The position numbers and the translations under genes were made by a program. The notes under the pieces were generated by a model. That model saw only the letters and a program-made list of their open reading frames with translations, did no database searches and had not been told where the DNA came from. From Auanema rhodensis (Eukaryota; Animalia; Nematoda): a stretch of DNA of 64,000 nt. Positions 16,211-31,971 of the stretch are shown piece after piece. How positions within the stretch are numbered: the first letter of the stretch is position 1; the number at the start of each line of letters is the position of its first letter. The DNA lies in the NCBI GenBank assembly GCA_964057225.1, contig OZ059899.1, forward strand, positions 14,632,001-14,696,000, written 5' to 3'.

Positions 16211-16984
16211 TCTCTCTCTCTCTCCCTCTCTCTTGTTCCCTCTCTCTTTCTCTCTGTACATTTTTCTTGAACATTGTCTTCCTCCCCCACTTTCTTGTTA
16301 CCTCACTCTTGTCATATTCCATCAAAGAGCGTCTGAAGCCAAATGGAAACTATATGCACGTTCCCCTTTTCTATCTATAGCCTTCTCGTTCTGAGTTGCT
16401 TAAGTCATTGTAACCGACATTTCTCAAATTCTCACGTGTACGTGGCTCACGTGAAAATCTCCGTTTGCATCGGCATGTCGTATGCTTATCAGTCTCTTTG
16501 ACGTGTGAGCCACGTCTATGCTAATGTTTTAGTCTGATTGAATGTGATCGGATTGACCGGTTGATCTCAACGTACCTTCTCAATATCTCAAATATTTTCA
16601 TATTTACACCTACCCTTTCATGTCTTGTATGTTTTTCCTTTCTTCGACATCTCATACTTATAGTTAAAATGGTCAAGTTGAATCATTTTTTCTTCCTTTT
16701 GGCTTAAAATATATTTTTAATATTTCGCTGTTTTAACGAATTATGAATATGAATATCTTAAAGTTCTAGAAGTAAATCATTTGATATGCATGTTCTTCCT
16801 CTTATTCGCTACATTTTTGTGTTTTTTTTCGTGAGGTATTTCACGAGCCAGCGCGCGCTCTCTCTCTATCTCTCTCTCTAACTCTCCGTAGTTCTGTTTT
16901 TCTCTACTTCCACATACCTCTTTCTGTTCACTTTCTTCCACCCTCTTCATCTATTCAACTAATTTTCTATTTTAGTCTCTTACT

Positions 16985-17056
<72 letters not shown>

Positions 17057-18481
17057 TCATCTCAATATCACGTACTATTCATTTTTCCTTTATTCTTCAA
17101 TTCAAATTGACATCTTTGCAATCAGTTTATATTCCGAAAAATGATTTCAATAATTGACCGGCTGTCTCAACGACCAAAAATGAAGCAACAAAAGCCAATT
17201 AGACTTCTATTTTCATTTAAACAAGTTGATTGGTGAATAAGCCACTTATGTATTGAATGTTCTTTCTTTACTTTTTTTCCTCACCCCTCTCTCGCCATCT
17301 ATATCTCGTAGTTGGCTTTTCTGAATACTTGCTTGTTTCAACCAGCTATTCATCTACTGTTTCTTATTCATTTTATCTTGTTCGAGCAGAACTGATGAAC
17401 CGAAAATGACCGAGAATCATCTTTAAGGCTGATGCCTAAAGCATTAAATCCGGTCGGAAGATTGCGTGTTGATGATCTAAAAGTTGAGCAAAACGCAGTG
17501 CTGAAAAGATATATAAGAGAAACAGAGAGAAAGAGCTGCTAGCTGTGAAGGAGAAGCTCGCCCTCCCCCTCCCATCCCACAATGGAAGAGAATCGTATTG
17601 AGAACATGAAATCCGAGATTCAGCTTTATCAAAGAGCTTTAGACTATATAGTGAAGCAGGCATACATATGAAGCTCTAAAACTTTTGATAAAATCACATC
17701 AAAAGAACATTTGTACGCTTTTTTCACGTCGTCTCTAATTTTTTTCCGCTGGTGCTGTATTCTGTATCTTCCTTCCGGTATGGCGATGAAAACGATTCTG
17801 TTAGAGTATTCTATGGAAGTCATTACCACAGCTTCTTGTACTCTCTTCTCCTGTTTGCTGTTTTGTTTGTTTCAACTCTACTATCTTCGTCTTCCGAAGC
17901 AAGCATCACAGCGCTCTACATAAACACTTCTCACTTCGCACAACAAGCCTGAAGTTGTCTCTCTCTCTCGCCATTCTCAACCAATCAACTCTTCGTCATC
18001 ACTATGTGGCATGCAGCTCTTCGACGACCTGTAGATCAAATTCGTCTTCTTTCTACCCGTATCGCTAATTATCGGGTCCGTTTAGTTCATTTCCATGCTA
18101 TTGCGCCTTAGCAGCTTTTCCGTTCTGAATTGGCACATTCACACAAAAGGCTGCTGAACGGCCAAGCGTGAATCAGAGCCTAATATAGAAAATTAGAAAT
18201 TAGTTCATATCTGCGTGTGAGTTTGTGAGTATGTAACTGACAGTTAAACTGTTTTTCATACTAAAAGCCATTAATTTCACGCTGCAACATCCCACGGTAT
18301 CCAGCTTGCTCTGAAACTAGAAATCATTCTCTTTTCATGATAAAATCATCAATTTCTTTATGTTATGTCTGCTTATGTGTATGTGTTTGTGTCAGTCTAT
18401 CTATATGGAATGAGAAAAATTAAAAAACAAGCTTGTTAAAACATTTTCTCAACAATAAATTCATTTTTGTCTTTATTACAG

Positions 18482-23443
<4,962 letters not shown>

Positions 23444-24493
23444 AAAATTAATAATATCAAAGAATCATTCCATGTTGTGATTATTACATATACTTTACTC
23501 ATCCATCACTATAGCTGCTGATGCTGCTGTGCACATAAACTCAGGTCTTTTCCAAATTTGAAGCTTTATCCACTTTAGTTCAATCATCTTTGCCTATAAT
23601 ATCAATCTTAATTGTTATCACAAGATTACAGGTATTTACTTATATTAGTTATATGATGTTTTAACCCTGTCACTTATAATTCTAGTCCAACGATGTTTTA
23701 CTCCCCTCCCCACCTCTCTCTCACTCTCTCCCTCTCTCCCTCTCTCTCTCTCTCTCTCTCTTGCTCTGATTTTTTTATTTTTTCAAAATGCATATTTATT
23801 CTTTCAATTCTCGTCTTCAATCCAATTTTGCCCCGCTCTCGAGCTTATTCTATCATTTGTTTCCTCATTTCTCTCATTCGTATCCCTTTATCTTGGTGAT
23901 ATAGATTTATAAAAAACATATTAATTAACTATAAATTTTGATATTCTATGTATGATATGTACGGGTTATTCCCCTCTTTTCCATCTTATTCTCACTCCTC
24001 CCAGTGCTTCTCCTATCATCGCTTTTTCGTTATACATGTGTTGTGAAATGGAATTTTTCTTTTTTCAAAAAGATGAATTATACATTTTTTTAAAAGTTTT
24101 ATTAAATATTTCATGAAAGATTCATAAAAATTAATAATATACATGTGATTGTTAATACTATTTATTTCATTTTAAACAAAATATTCTTAAGTGTTTTTCC
24201 TAGAAAAACTACAATAAATTCTTCAAATTAGAAATAAAATTAAGAAAGATGATAGTAATATTATAATTTAAATTTATTTTTATTATTATTAAAAGATATT
24301 ATCTGAGAGAAGATGAATTTTTGAATAACCTAATCAACAATGCTTCTAAGGTTTTTTCCAACACAAAAAAAATCTGTTCTATGATATAGTTTTTCAATAT
24401 TTTACAATTAAAAAAGAGTTAAGAAGAGAAGAAAATACAAAAAGAATGAAGATGGTGATAGTGAACAATCACCTCATTAAGAGTTAATCTCTC

Positions 24494-24551
24494 GAATCTG
24501 AATTTCCTAGTGAGATTTGGCTGTGACTTCTGCTTTTTCCGGAAAAGGGTT
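24494..24551 (+). repeat. Detached partial monomer of the 200-bp satellite
   Basis: gaatctgaatttcctagtgagatttggctgtgacttctgctttttccggaaaagggtt aligns with the satellite segment gaatctgaattttctggtgagatttggctaggtcttctgatttttccggaaaagg. Confidence 0.85.
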
Positions 24552-25120
24552 CCAATTCAGATTAATCAAATTAAATGTTTCAGTGCTTACTTGATTAAAG
24601 AAGTCGAAAAAAGTTGAATAAAAATGACAAATAATTCAAATAATTAAAAGTAAGTTAACTAAATAAATTTCTATTTAATATAAATAAGTTTATATATTAT
24701 TTTATGAAATTAATAAAATATTTGAACCGAATTAATGATTATCAGTGGAGCGCAACTCCAAAAAGTGTTATTCTCTGCTATGGTTTTAAAGAAAAAATAT
24801 GATTAACAATAATAAATTCAGTATTATCAAACTTAAATATATGAAATCAAACCCGTAGAACCTGAAAAACAGATCAAAATTCAAAAATATGGTCAAATTA
24901 AGGAGATATAACGCCTTGAACATAGCCCTTATAGTGAGGCTATATTGCCTTAAGGTTTATATCATATATCCATTTTTTATTTTATCATATAGTTACCAAT
25001 TATATATAAATGTGGTCAATAGCCGAAAGGATAAGATGACAGACTGATAACCAAACAGTCCAAGATCGAATCCCCTAGGATACTGAACAGAACATAAGGT
25101 AAGACAAAGATTATAGAAAA

Positions 25121-26706
25121 GAGCCCGAGGATCAGGAGCCCGAGGATCAGGAGCCCGAGGATCAGGAGCCCGAGGATCAGGAGCCCGAGGATCAGGAGCC
25201 CGAGGATCAGGAGCCCGAGGATCAGGAGCCCGAGGATCAGGAGCCCGAGGATCAGGAGCCCGAGGATCAGGAGCCCGAGGAGAAGGAGCCCGAGGATCAG
25301 GAGCTCGAGGAGGAGGAGCCGAGGAGAAGGAGCCGAGGAGAAGGAGCCCGAGGAGGAGGAGCCGAGGATCAGGAGCCCGAGGATCAGGAGCCGAGGAGGA
25401 GGAGTCGAGGATCAGGAGCCCGAGGATCAGGAGCCGAGGAGGAGGAGTCGAGGATCAGGAGCCCGAGGATCAGGAGCCGAGGAGGAGGAGCCGAGGATCA
25501 GGAGCCCGAGGATCAGGAGCCGAGGAGGAGGAGCCGAGGAGAAGGAGCCCGAGGATCAGGATCCGAGGAGGAGGAGCCGAGGAGAAGGAGCCCGAGGATC
25601 AGGATCCGAGGAGGAGGAGCCGAGGAGAAGGAGCCCGAGGATCAGGAGCCGAGGAGGAGGAGCCGAGGAGAAGGAGCCCGAGGATCAGGAGCCGAGGAGG
25701 AGGAGCCGAGGAGAAGGAGCCCGAGGATCAGGAGCCGAGGAGAAGGAGCCCGAGGATCAGGAGCCGAGGAGGAGGAGCCGAGGAGAAGGAGCCCGAGGAT
25801 CAGGAGCCGAGGAGGAGGAGCCGAGGAGAAGGAGCCCGAGGATCAGGAGCCGAGGAGGAGGAGCCGAGGAGAAGGAGCCCGAGGATCAGGAGCCGAGGAG
25901 GAGGAGCCGAGGAGAAGGAGCCCGAGGATCAGGAGCCGAGGAGGAGGAGCCGAGGAGAAGGAGCCCGAGGATCAGGAGCCGAGGAGGAGGAGCCGAGGAG
26001 AAGGAGCCCGAGGATCAGGAGCCGAGGAGGAGGAGCCGAGGAGAAGGAGCCCGAGGATCAGGAGCCGAGGAGGAGGAGCCGAGGAGAAGGAGCCCGAGGA
26101 TCAGGAGCCGAGGAGGAGGAGCCGAGGAGAAGGAGCCCGAGGATCAGGATCCGAGGAGGAGGAGCCGAGGAGAAGGAGCCCGAGGATCAGGATCCGAGGA
26201 GGAGGAGCCGAGGAGAAGGAGCCCGAGGATCAGGAGCCGAGGAGGAGGAGCCGAGGAGAAGGAGCCCGAGGATCAGGAGCCGAGGAGGAGGAGCCGAGGA
26301 GAAGGAGCCCGAGGATCAGGAGCCGAGGAGGAGGAGCCGAGGAGAAGGAGCCCGAGGATCAGGAGCCGAGGAGGAGGAGCCGAGGAGAAGGAGCCCGAGG
26401 ATCAGGAGCCGAGGAGGAGGAGCCGAGGAGAAGGAGCCCGAGGATCAGGAGCCGAGGAGGAGGAGCCGAGGAGAAGGAGCCCGAGGATCAGGAGCCGAGG
26501 AGGAGGAGCCGAGGAGAAGGAGCCCGAGGATCAAAACGACAAGGAGATATGGACAATCCTTTTGGAGCCTGAGGATCAGAAACCCGAGGACGAGGAGCCC
26601 GAGGACGGGGAGCCCGAAGACGAGGAGCCCGAGGACGGAGAGCCCGAAGACGAGGAGCCCGCGGACGAAGAGCCCGAGGAGGAGCCCGAGAAGGAAGAGC
26701 CGAGGA
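25121..26706 (+). repeat. Purine-rich minisatellite: 15-bp unit GAGCCCGAGGATCAG, then a 43-bp (15+14+14) higher-order unit, then a degenerate 15-bp tail
   Basis: Ten perfect 15-mers at 25121-25270. Roughly two dozen 43-mers follow up to 26533, then a ~30-bp spacer and degenerate 15-mers at 26565-26706 that run directly into satellite sequence. Confidence 0.97.
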
Positions 26707-27022
26707 AAATAATTTCAGCTTGGGTATTCAGATGTGTAGAATATGAAATTCCTGGTGAGATTTGGCTAGGTCTTCTGCTTTTTCCGGAAAAGGGGTTTAT
26801 ACCGAGACTATCCACAAAATTTGTTCACAAAAAAGTTCAGGCTGTAGTCACGTTGTGTTCCCTGAATGATCGCTTTTCTCAAAATTCATCCACAAAATTC
26901 AAACAAAAATAGTTTGACGTTGGGTATTTAGATGCGTAGAATCTGATTTTCTTGGTGAGATTGGGCTAGGACTTCTGATTTTTCCGGAAAAGGGGTTTAT
27001 ACCGAGACTATCCACAAGATTT
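26707..27022 (+). repeat. About 1.6 monomers of the 200-bp satellite, cut off by a MITE end
   Basis: Same sequence as the 33951-44277 array (ttgggtattcagatgtgtagaat...ttccggaaaa...cacaaaaaagttcaggctgtagtcacg). It ends at tccacaagattt, immediately before the TIR at 27023. Confidence 0.95.
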
Positions 27023-27695
27023 AGTCCTGTGCGAAATAGTTGGGACACACACTAGAAACCCTTATACCTTCTCAGACAAACTACAAAAACTGAGAAAAAA
27101 TATATTTTGGATGTTAAAAAACGATAATGAACTTAAAAAAAATTTAAAACAGTCAAAAAATCATATTTAAAAGTATTTTCTGAAGTCTCCGAAATTTTTA
27201 TAAATAGCTTGAAGTCTTTTTTCATGATTTTCAGAAGTTTCATCAAGATTTCAGAAATAATTTTTTGATAGAATGTTAGGAGTACCCTAAACATCAATTT
27301 TTCTTTTAAACGGGAGAATTTGGTTGTACGTCAACCAAGATCTCTTCATAGATATCCAGTAAGATTCAGATGCTGAAGCTTACTTGTTTGAAGCTATGCC
27401 ATAGGAAAAACTTGGTTATTGATCGAGCTTTGTGCTCAGAATGATTTTAAAATATTTTAAATGAAGTAACTTGTTTCCTAATTTCAAATTTTATTAAATC
27501 AAAAAATATTATTCAAAATAGTCAAAAAACACTATTTTTTACATGTACAGTACTGTGGGATACCTGAAAGAGCCGACACAACCCCCTTCAAACTACAAAA
27601 TAATTTCAAAAAAATTTATTTAATTAATGAAGTTTTTCAATAATCATCATATTTTTTTGATTTTTTGAGTGTCCCACTTTAATTGCAAGGGACTG
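27023..27695. mobile_element. Non-autonomous Tc1/mariner-type element (MITE), copy 1
   Basis: Imperfect TIRs: (c)agtcctgtgcgaaatagttgggacac on the left and gtgtcccactttaattgcaagggactg followed by TA on the right. CAGT termini plus TA are typical of Tc1-like elements. Segment 27481-27540 matches the reverse complement of 32118-32180 in copy 2. No coding capacity. Confidence 0.75.
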
Positions 27696-27874
27696 TACAT
27701 TCAAACGTTCAGAACTTTTTAAATGTTATTTTTAAACTTTTATTAAATAATAATAATAATAGTAAATGATATGTATGTATATTCCTTGGAAGATCCCTCA
27801 AGCAATGCCATCGGCGAGATTGCTTTGTACAGTAGATTCAGCACCTGCGCTATCCCCGATAGCCTGTTCCTCGG

Positions 27875-28157
27875 TTATGGCATCTGGCAGAGGTGGCCAC
27901 GGACTAAACACAAAATAATTTGAATAAATCTAGGAAAAGTTTTAAACTTATCAAATAGAAATATTGTTTTTAAAATTGTTATAAAAGAAAGCAGAAAGTT
28001 TAGAGGTTTTGCATACCTGATTGATGTCGCAGTAGAGTATCAATTTCCTGAATCTTCTCGACAAGAGTTCCGACCACAACTTCCTGCGTGTCCAGAACCA
28101 TCTCGAACAAGTAGTGGAAACTTAAGTTTCACTTACGGAAACGAAACGGGAGGCCAT
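27875..28157 (-). CDS. Possible tiny spliced orphan gene or gene fragment (MASRFVS/MVLDTQEVVVGTLVEKIQEIDTLLRHQS/VRGHLCQMP)
   Basis: GC-richer than its flanks. An acceptor-like tttatag lies 8 nt before the ATG at 28157, with donors GTAAGT at 28136 and GTATGC at 28016 and acceptor tttag at 27904. The frame of the last exon is ambiguous and no domain is recognisable. Confidence 0.3.
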
Positions 28158-28276
28158 GATTGAGTCTATAAACACCTTGTATATTCGATTAGTTCGAGCA
28201 AGAGTGAGAAAATAGGAAAAGTTATTAACAAACCCAAGGTTAAGGAGAAAATAGCAGTGATGTCACAGTACATGTA

Positions 28277-29036
28277 TTAGGTCCCGAACTAAGTCTTGCC
28301 CCCCCCCCTAGTTTTTCGAATTTTTTCGAAAAATTTAAAAAAAAATTTAAAATTATTTAAAATTAAGAAAAATTTGAATATTTTAAAACAATATTATCAA
28401 AAAAAAATTTTCAAAAAACAAATTTTTTTGTTTGAAAAATTGATTTTCATTTTCCATCTTTTTTTTTGCTGTTTTCTGTTATGAATTCTACTCATGCGCG
28501 CCATACTCTTTTTTATCATTTTAATGAAGGATTATCTGCGAAAGCAGCCTTTAAAAAAATGAGAGCTGTTTATGGAGATTCATCTCCAAACTACAGCACA
28601 TGCAAAAGATGGTATTCGCGTTTTAGAGCGGGCGAAACCGATTTAAAAGATCGTCCAAGGTCTGGCGCTGGTAAGAAATTCAGCAACGCAGACTCAACAG
28701 ACGCTTCAGGACATGAAATGGACGGTTTTGAAGCATCCCCCATACTCTCCAGATCTTGCTCCAACAGATTACCATCTGTTTAGATCGATGGAGCATAGTT
28801 TAAGGGGTGAAAACTTCGAAACCTTAGAGGAAGTTGAAAATTTTGTTAAAATCTTTTTTGCATCTAAAAGTAAACTATTTTTCAGAAACGGAATTCGAAA
28901 GCTGAAAGAAAAGTGGGAGAAGGTTATTGCCAACAAAGGGCAATACAGTATTTAATAAACTTTTTGCAACTCTTATACTTTTTTTTGATTTTTCATATCG
29001 CACTAGGGGGGGCGCAAGACTTAGTTCGGGACCTAA
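28277..29036 (+). mobile_element. Internally deleted mariner transposon (760 bp)
   Basis: TIRs ttaggtcccgaactaagtcttg...ccccccta and taggggggg...caagacttagttcgggacctaa, flanked by TA on both sides (28275-76 and 29037-38). The transposase N-terminal HTH (ATG 28481, ...KRWYSRFRAGETDLKDRPRSG) is joined out of frame to the C-terminal HPPYSPDLAPTDYHLF motif. Confidence 0.95.
28481..28955 (+). pseudogene. Mariner transposase remnant lacking the central catalytic region
   Basis: ORFs 28466-28783 and 28713-28955 carry the N-terminal DNA-binding part and the YSPDLAPxD C-terminal part in different frames. The WVPHEL, TGDE and HDNA motifs are absent. Confidence 0.92.
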
Positions 29037-29167
29037 TATGTATAATTTAGGAATCCTAGCGAATAGATTTGTATTTTTGGATCAAATACTTAGATCCACT
29101 AATCTCAGTTCTAATAACGAATACTGGATACCTGTACAAGCTGAAATTTTCTATATATTATACATAA

Positions 29168-30615
29168 TTAAATATAAAAATAAACATTTTTTATGTTTCT
29201 TTTACATGTTATGAAGTTGAAAAATTGTAATTTATCTGAAAAATTAGATTGTAAAATAGAATAATTAGTAATCTTACCGTATTGAAGACGTACTAAATAA
29301 GGTTTACTAAAATAAATAATATAACAAACATTAATTATGCCATAGGATCCAATTATTAAATATACAGAATCAATTGAAGCTGAAATCAAAAATTGATATT
29401 GAAGATTGATGAAACTATAATTATACTTCTAGAAGGAAATAATGGAACAAGTACGGCAACTAATGTCATTATTCCACACGAAAAAAATAAAACAAGTAAA
29501 GAGATTGTCTGGAATAGAAAGTTTCAGTTGCATCTGTGAGAGCATTCATTCAATTTCTACCTGCGTGACAACAAGCATGAGCATTCTCTTATGCATCAAT
29601 CTGGTTTCAGGAGAAAGCATGGTTTGAGATAGAAATAATCCACGTACAGTAAGAAAGAATAACCATGTTATACAAAATGAAATTAATAAGAAGATTATGA
29701 TGAATGCGATGAATAAAGAAAGGAATTTAAATTCAAAAAGTTCAAATCCATTAATTCCTTTCTTGTGTACTATGCTGGCAAATGCAGGACACATCTGAAT
29801 AGAAGATAATGTGATAGGTGATTTGAAAGCTTCAAAGTTCAAATAAGAAAGAGAAAGAAGATAATACCTTAATTATATTATCCATACCATCATTTTCTGG
29901 AGCAAATATTATAGTTAATACTAGCCATGGTACAGATGAGCCCAAAACAGTCGTATATATTACGCTTCGTTTAGCTTTTTTATAATTTAATATAACACAT
30001 TGATAACGATAGTAAAATAAAAGAATAAATGATGAACCCATAAGTAGGTATAAACCAAATTGTAAACATGTTCCATAATAATTGTCTAGGCCCAACAAGG
30101 TTGATAAACCAGACGAATATGATACAGGAAGAGGAACATATGTTACTGGAATCTGAAATCATTTCAATATCTTCTAGGTTTTCAAATTTAAAAGTAATTT
30201 GAAATCTCAATAAAGATGTTCGGAAATGAAAGGTGGACAGCGCAGAAAGTTAGCAGTTTGTAAGATTTATTTGGATTTAGAATTAGAGCAAAGCTTGGAA
30301 AAAGACAAAAGCATGCAAGAGGATTTAGAGCTCCAGCTCAAAACTTGAATTTTCAAAAAAAGTTGAGAGAAAGTAATATATATAAAACTTGATGAAACTT
30401 ACCAGACCAACACATAGTGTTATAGATGCAATTGCTGTTGTCAAATGATTAAATAATAAATAATATTTAAATGATCCCATAGGTTTAGTTGAATGAAAAT
30501 AAATTAAATAATATGTATATATACTAATAATTAAGATAATACAGCCTAATACTACAGATACTATAATATATAAAGTTGTTCCTTCTTCAACTACTGTAGG
30601 ACATGTAATTTGCAT
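29168..30615 (-). CDS. Nematode serpentine chemoreceptor (7TM GPCR, Str superfamily, Srh/Sri-like)
   Basis: Exons at about 30615-30403, 30152-29868, 29794-29561, 29508-29427 and 29379 onward splice in frame. Motifs include STKPMGSFKYYLL, IPVTYVPLPVSYSSG, LLFYYRYQ, LSPETRLMHKRML..Q and SYGIINVCYIIYFSKPY, with seven hydrophobic stretches. The 3' end is uncertain (stop at 29168, or about 29082 if another intron is used). Confidence 0.85.
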
Positions 30616-30796
30616 TAGATATTTCAATCAATATTATATAAATTATATTTTAATTATTGAAGAAATATCTGAAGCTGTTCATTGTATTCACATTTGGAGT
30701 AGTAGACTGTGTTCTCTGTCAAAATTATATTTAGTATAGTTAATATGATTAGCAACTTAATAAGTCATATGTTTCGAATTAAAAGGAAAAACGACA

Positions 30797-31070
30797 CTTC
30801 TGCAATTGTTGCCACTACCCCTTCCAGCCGATGTTGACGTAACACAGGAAAACGTGTAGATTAGATAGTTGTGATTTTCACTAATTTTTTAAAAATTTTT
30901 AGCACAAGCCTAAGCCTGAACCCAAGCTTGAACCTAAGTTTGGATTTCACAAAACTTTAGGCAGTTAATAAACTTAAGCCTGAGTTACTATGTATCTGTT
31001 TATTTTAGTACACCGCTAAGAAATTTGCATTTCAATTGCGATAGAGAGTTGGTGGCAACAAATGCAGAAG
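30797..31070. repeat. Small inverted-repeat element with telomere-like hexamers inside
   Basis: cttctgcaattgttgccac (30797-30815) matches the reverse complement of gtggcaacaaatgcagaag (31052-31070) at 18/19. The interior has degenerate GCCTAA-like hexamers at 30906-30941 and TTAGGC at 30957-30962. No clear TSD. Confidence 0.55.
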
Positions 31071-31971
31071 ATTTGGAAAAACTACATTATACAATTAAAA
31101 TTTAAGCAATAAACTTTGAAATATGCTTTCAGTTAAAGATTAATGTGAAGTATTGTTGAATGTCTGAATTTGAAAAAAAAAAATTGGCGAATTTCATCAA
31201 AAAGGTCTATTCATATTCACTCTCACAGTAAAAACAAATCTCTCTATGAACGAGAATAAAAACAAAAAAATGTATATGAAAAGGAACAAAGTCCTCTTTG
31301 CAGGAGATAGATCATATGTTATATTGTATGTTGAGGTATATTTCAAGCATGGAATGCTTGAATTCATATGTACAGATCAAGCTTGAAATATGTTGTTCTT
31401 TGTTATTTTCCAATTGTTTATTCTCATGATATCTGAAATCATTATTTTGAAAAATCTATAAAAAAAAGGCTACAAATTAAATATTAAGAAACCAGTTGAG
31501 GAATATAATGACTTGGTTGGAAGAGAAGAACGGGAAGGAAGTGGAACTTTGAGCTGAACTACTATTATAGCTTCAGCAATACAAAATAATTAGCAAGAAA
31601 ATGAGCGTAATGAGCGGTTCTAGACAAAAAAGCAATGAACGCTATATGCTATTGAAGTTGAAGTACACATCCATCAAAGCGTTAATAAAACAAAAAAATT
31701 AAAATGATATCAGAATACGAATGCTATTCTATCTTTCTTCTTTTAGAAGAAGAGGTAATAATAGATTTGGCATATAATACATAAAGCTGGACAAAACAAG
31801 TTGTGGAGGTTCATAAAGGGAAAACTTTGTCAGTTTGTGCTAACTGAATGTTTGATTTGTGGGTTTGAAGATTCATTGACCACCTTAACAGAGTATACTA
31901 ACTAAAAGATTTGAATATCAAATATAAGACGTATTTGAAATCCTAATAGAGAAACGTATTTGGAACATATA

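Noticed and set aside
101-18400. Many 60-130 aa ORFs rich in SLSLSL, ERERER or F/L/I
   Set aside because: They are translations of (CT)n/(GA)n tracts and T-rich intron sequence, mostly with non-ATG starts and no domain motifs.
26562-26912. 116-aa ORF MEPEDQKPED...WVFRCVEYE as a gene
   Set aside because: It starts at TTG and is a chimera of the minisatellite tail and a satellite monomer; it is covered under the minisatellite finding.
31100-31900. Possible second degraded membrane-protein gene on the - strand
   Set aside because: Hydrophobic-looking fragments are broken by stops, and I could not build a consistent exon chain or find family motifs.
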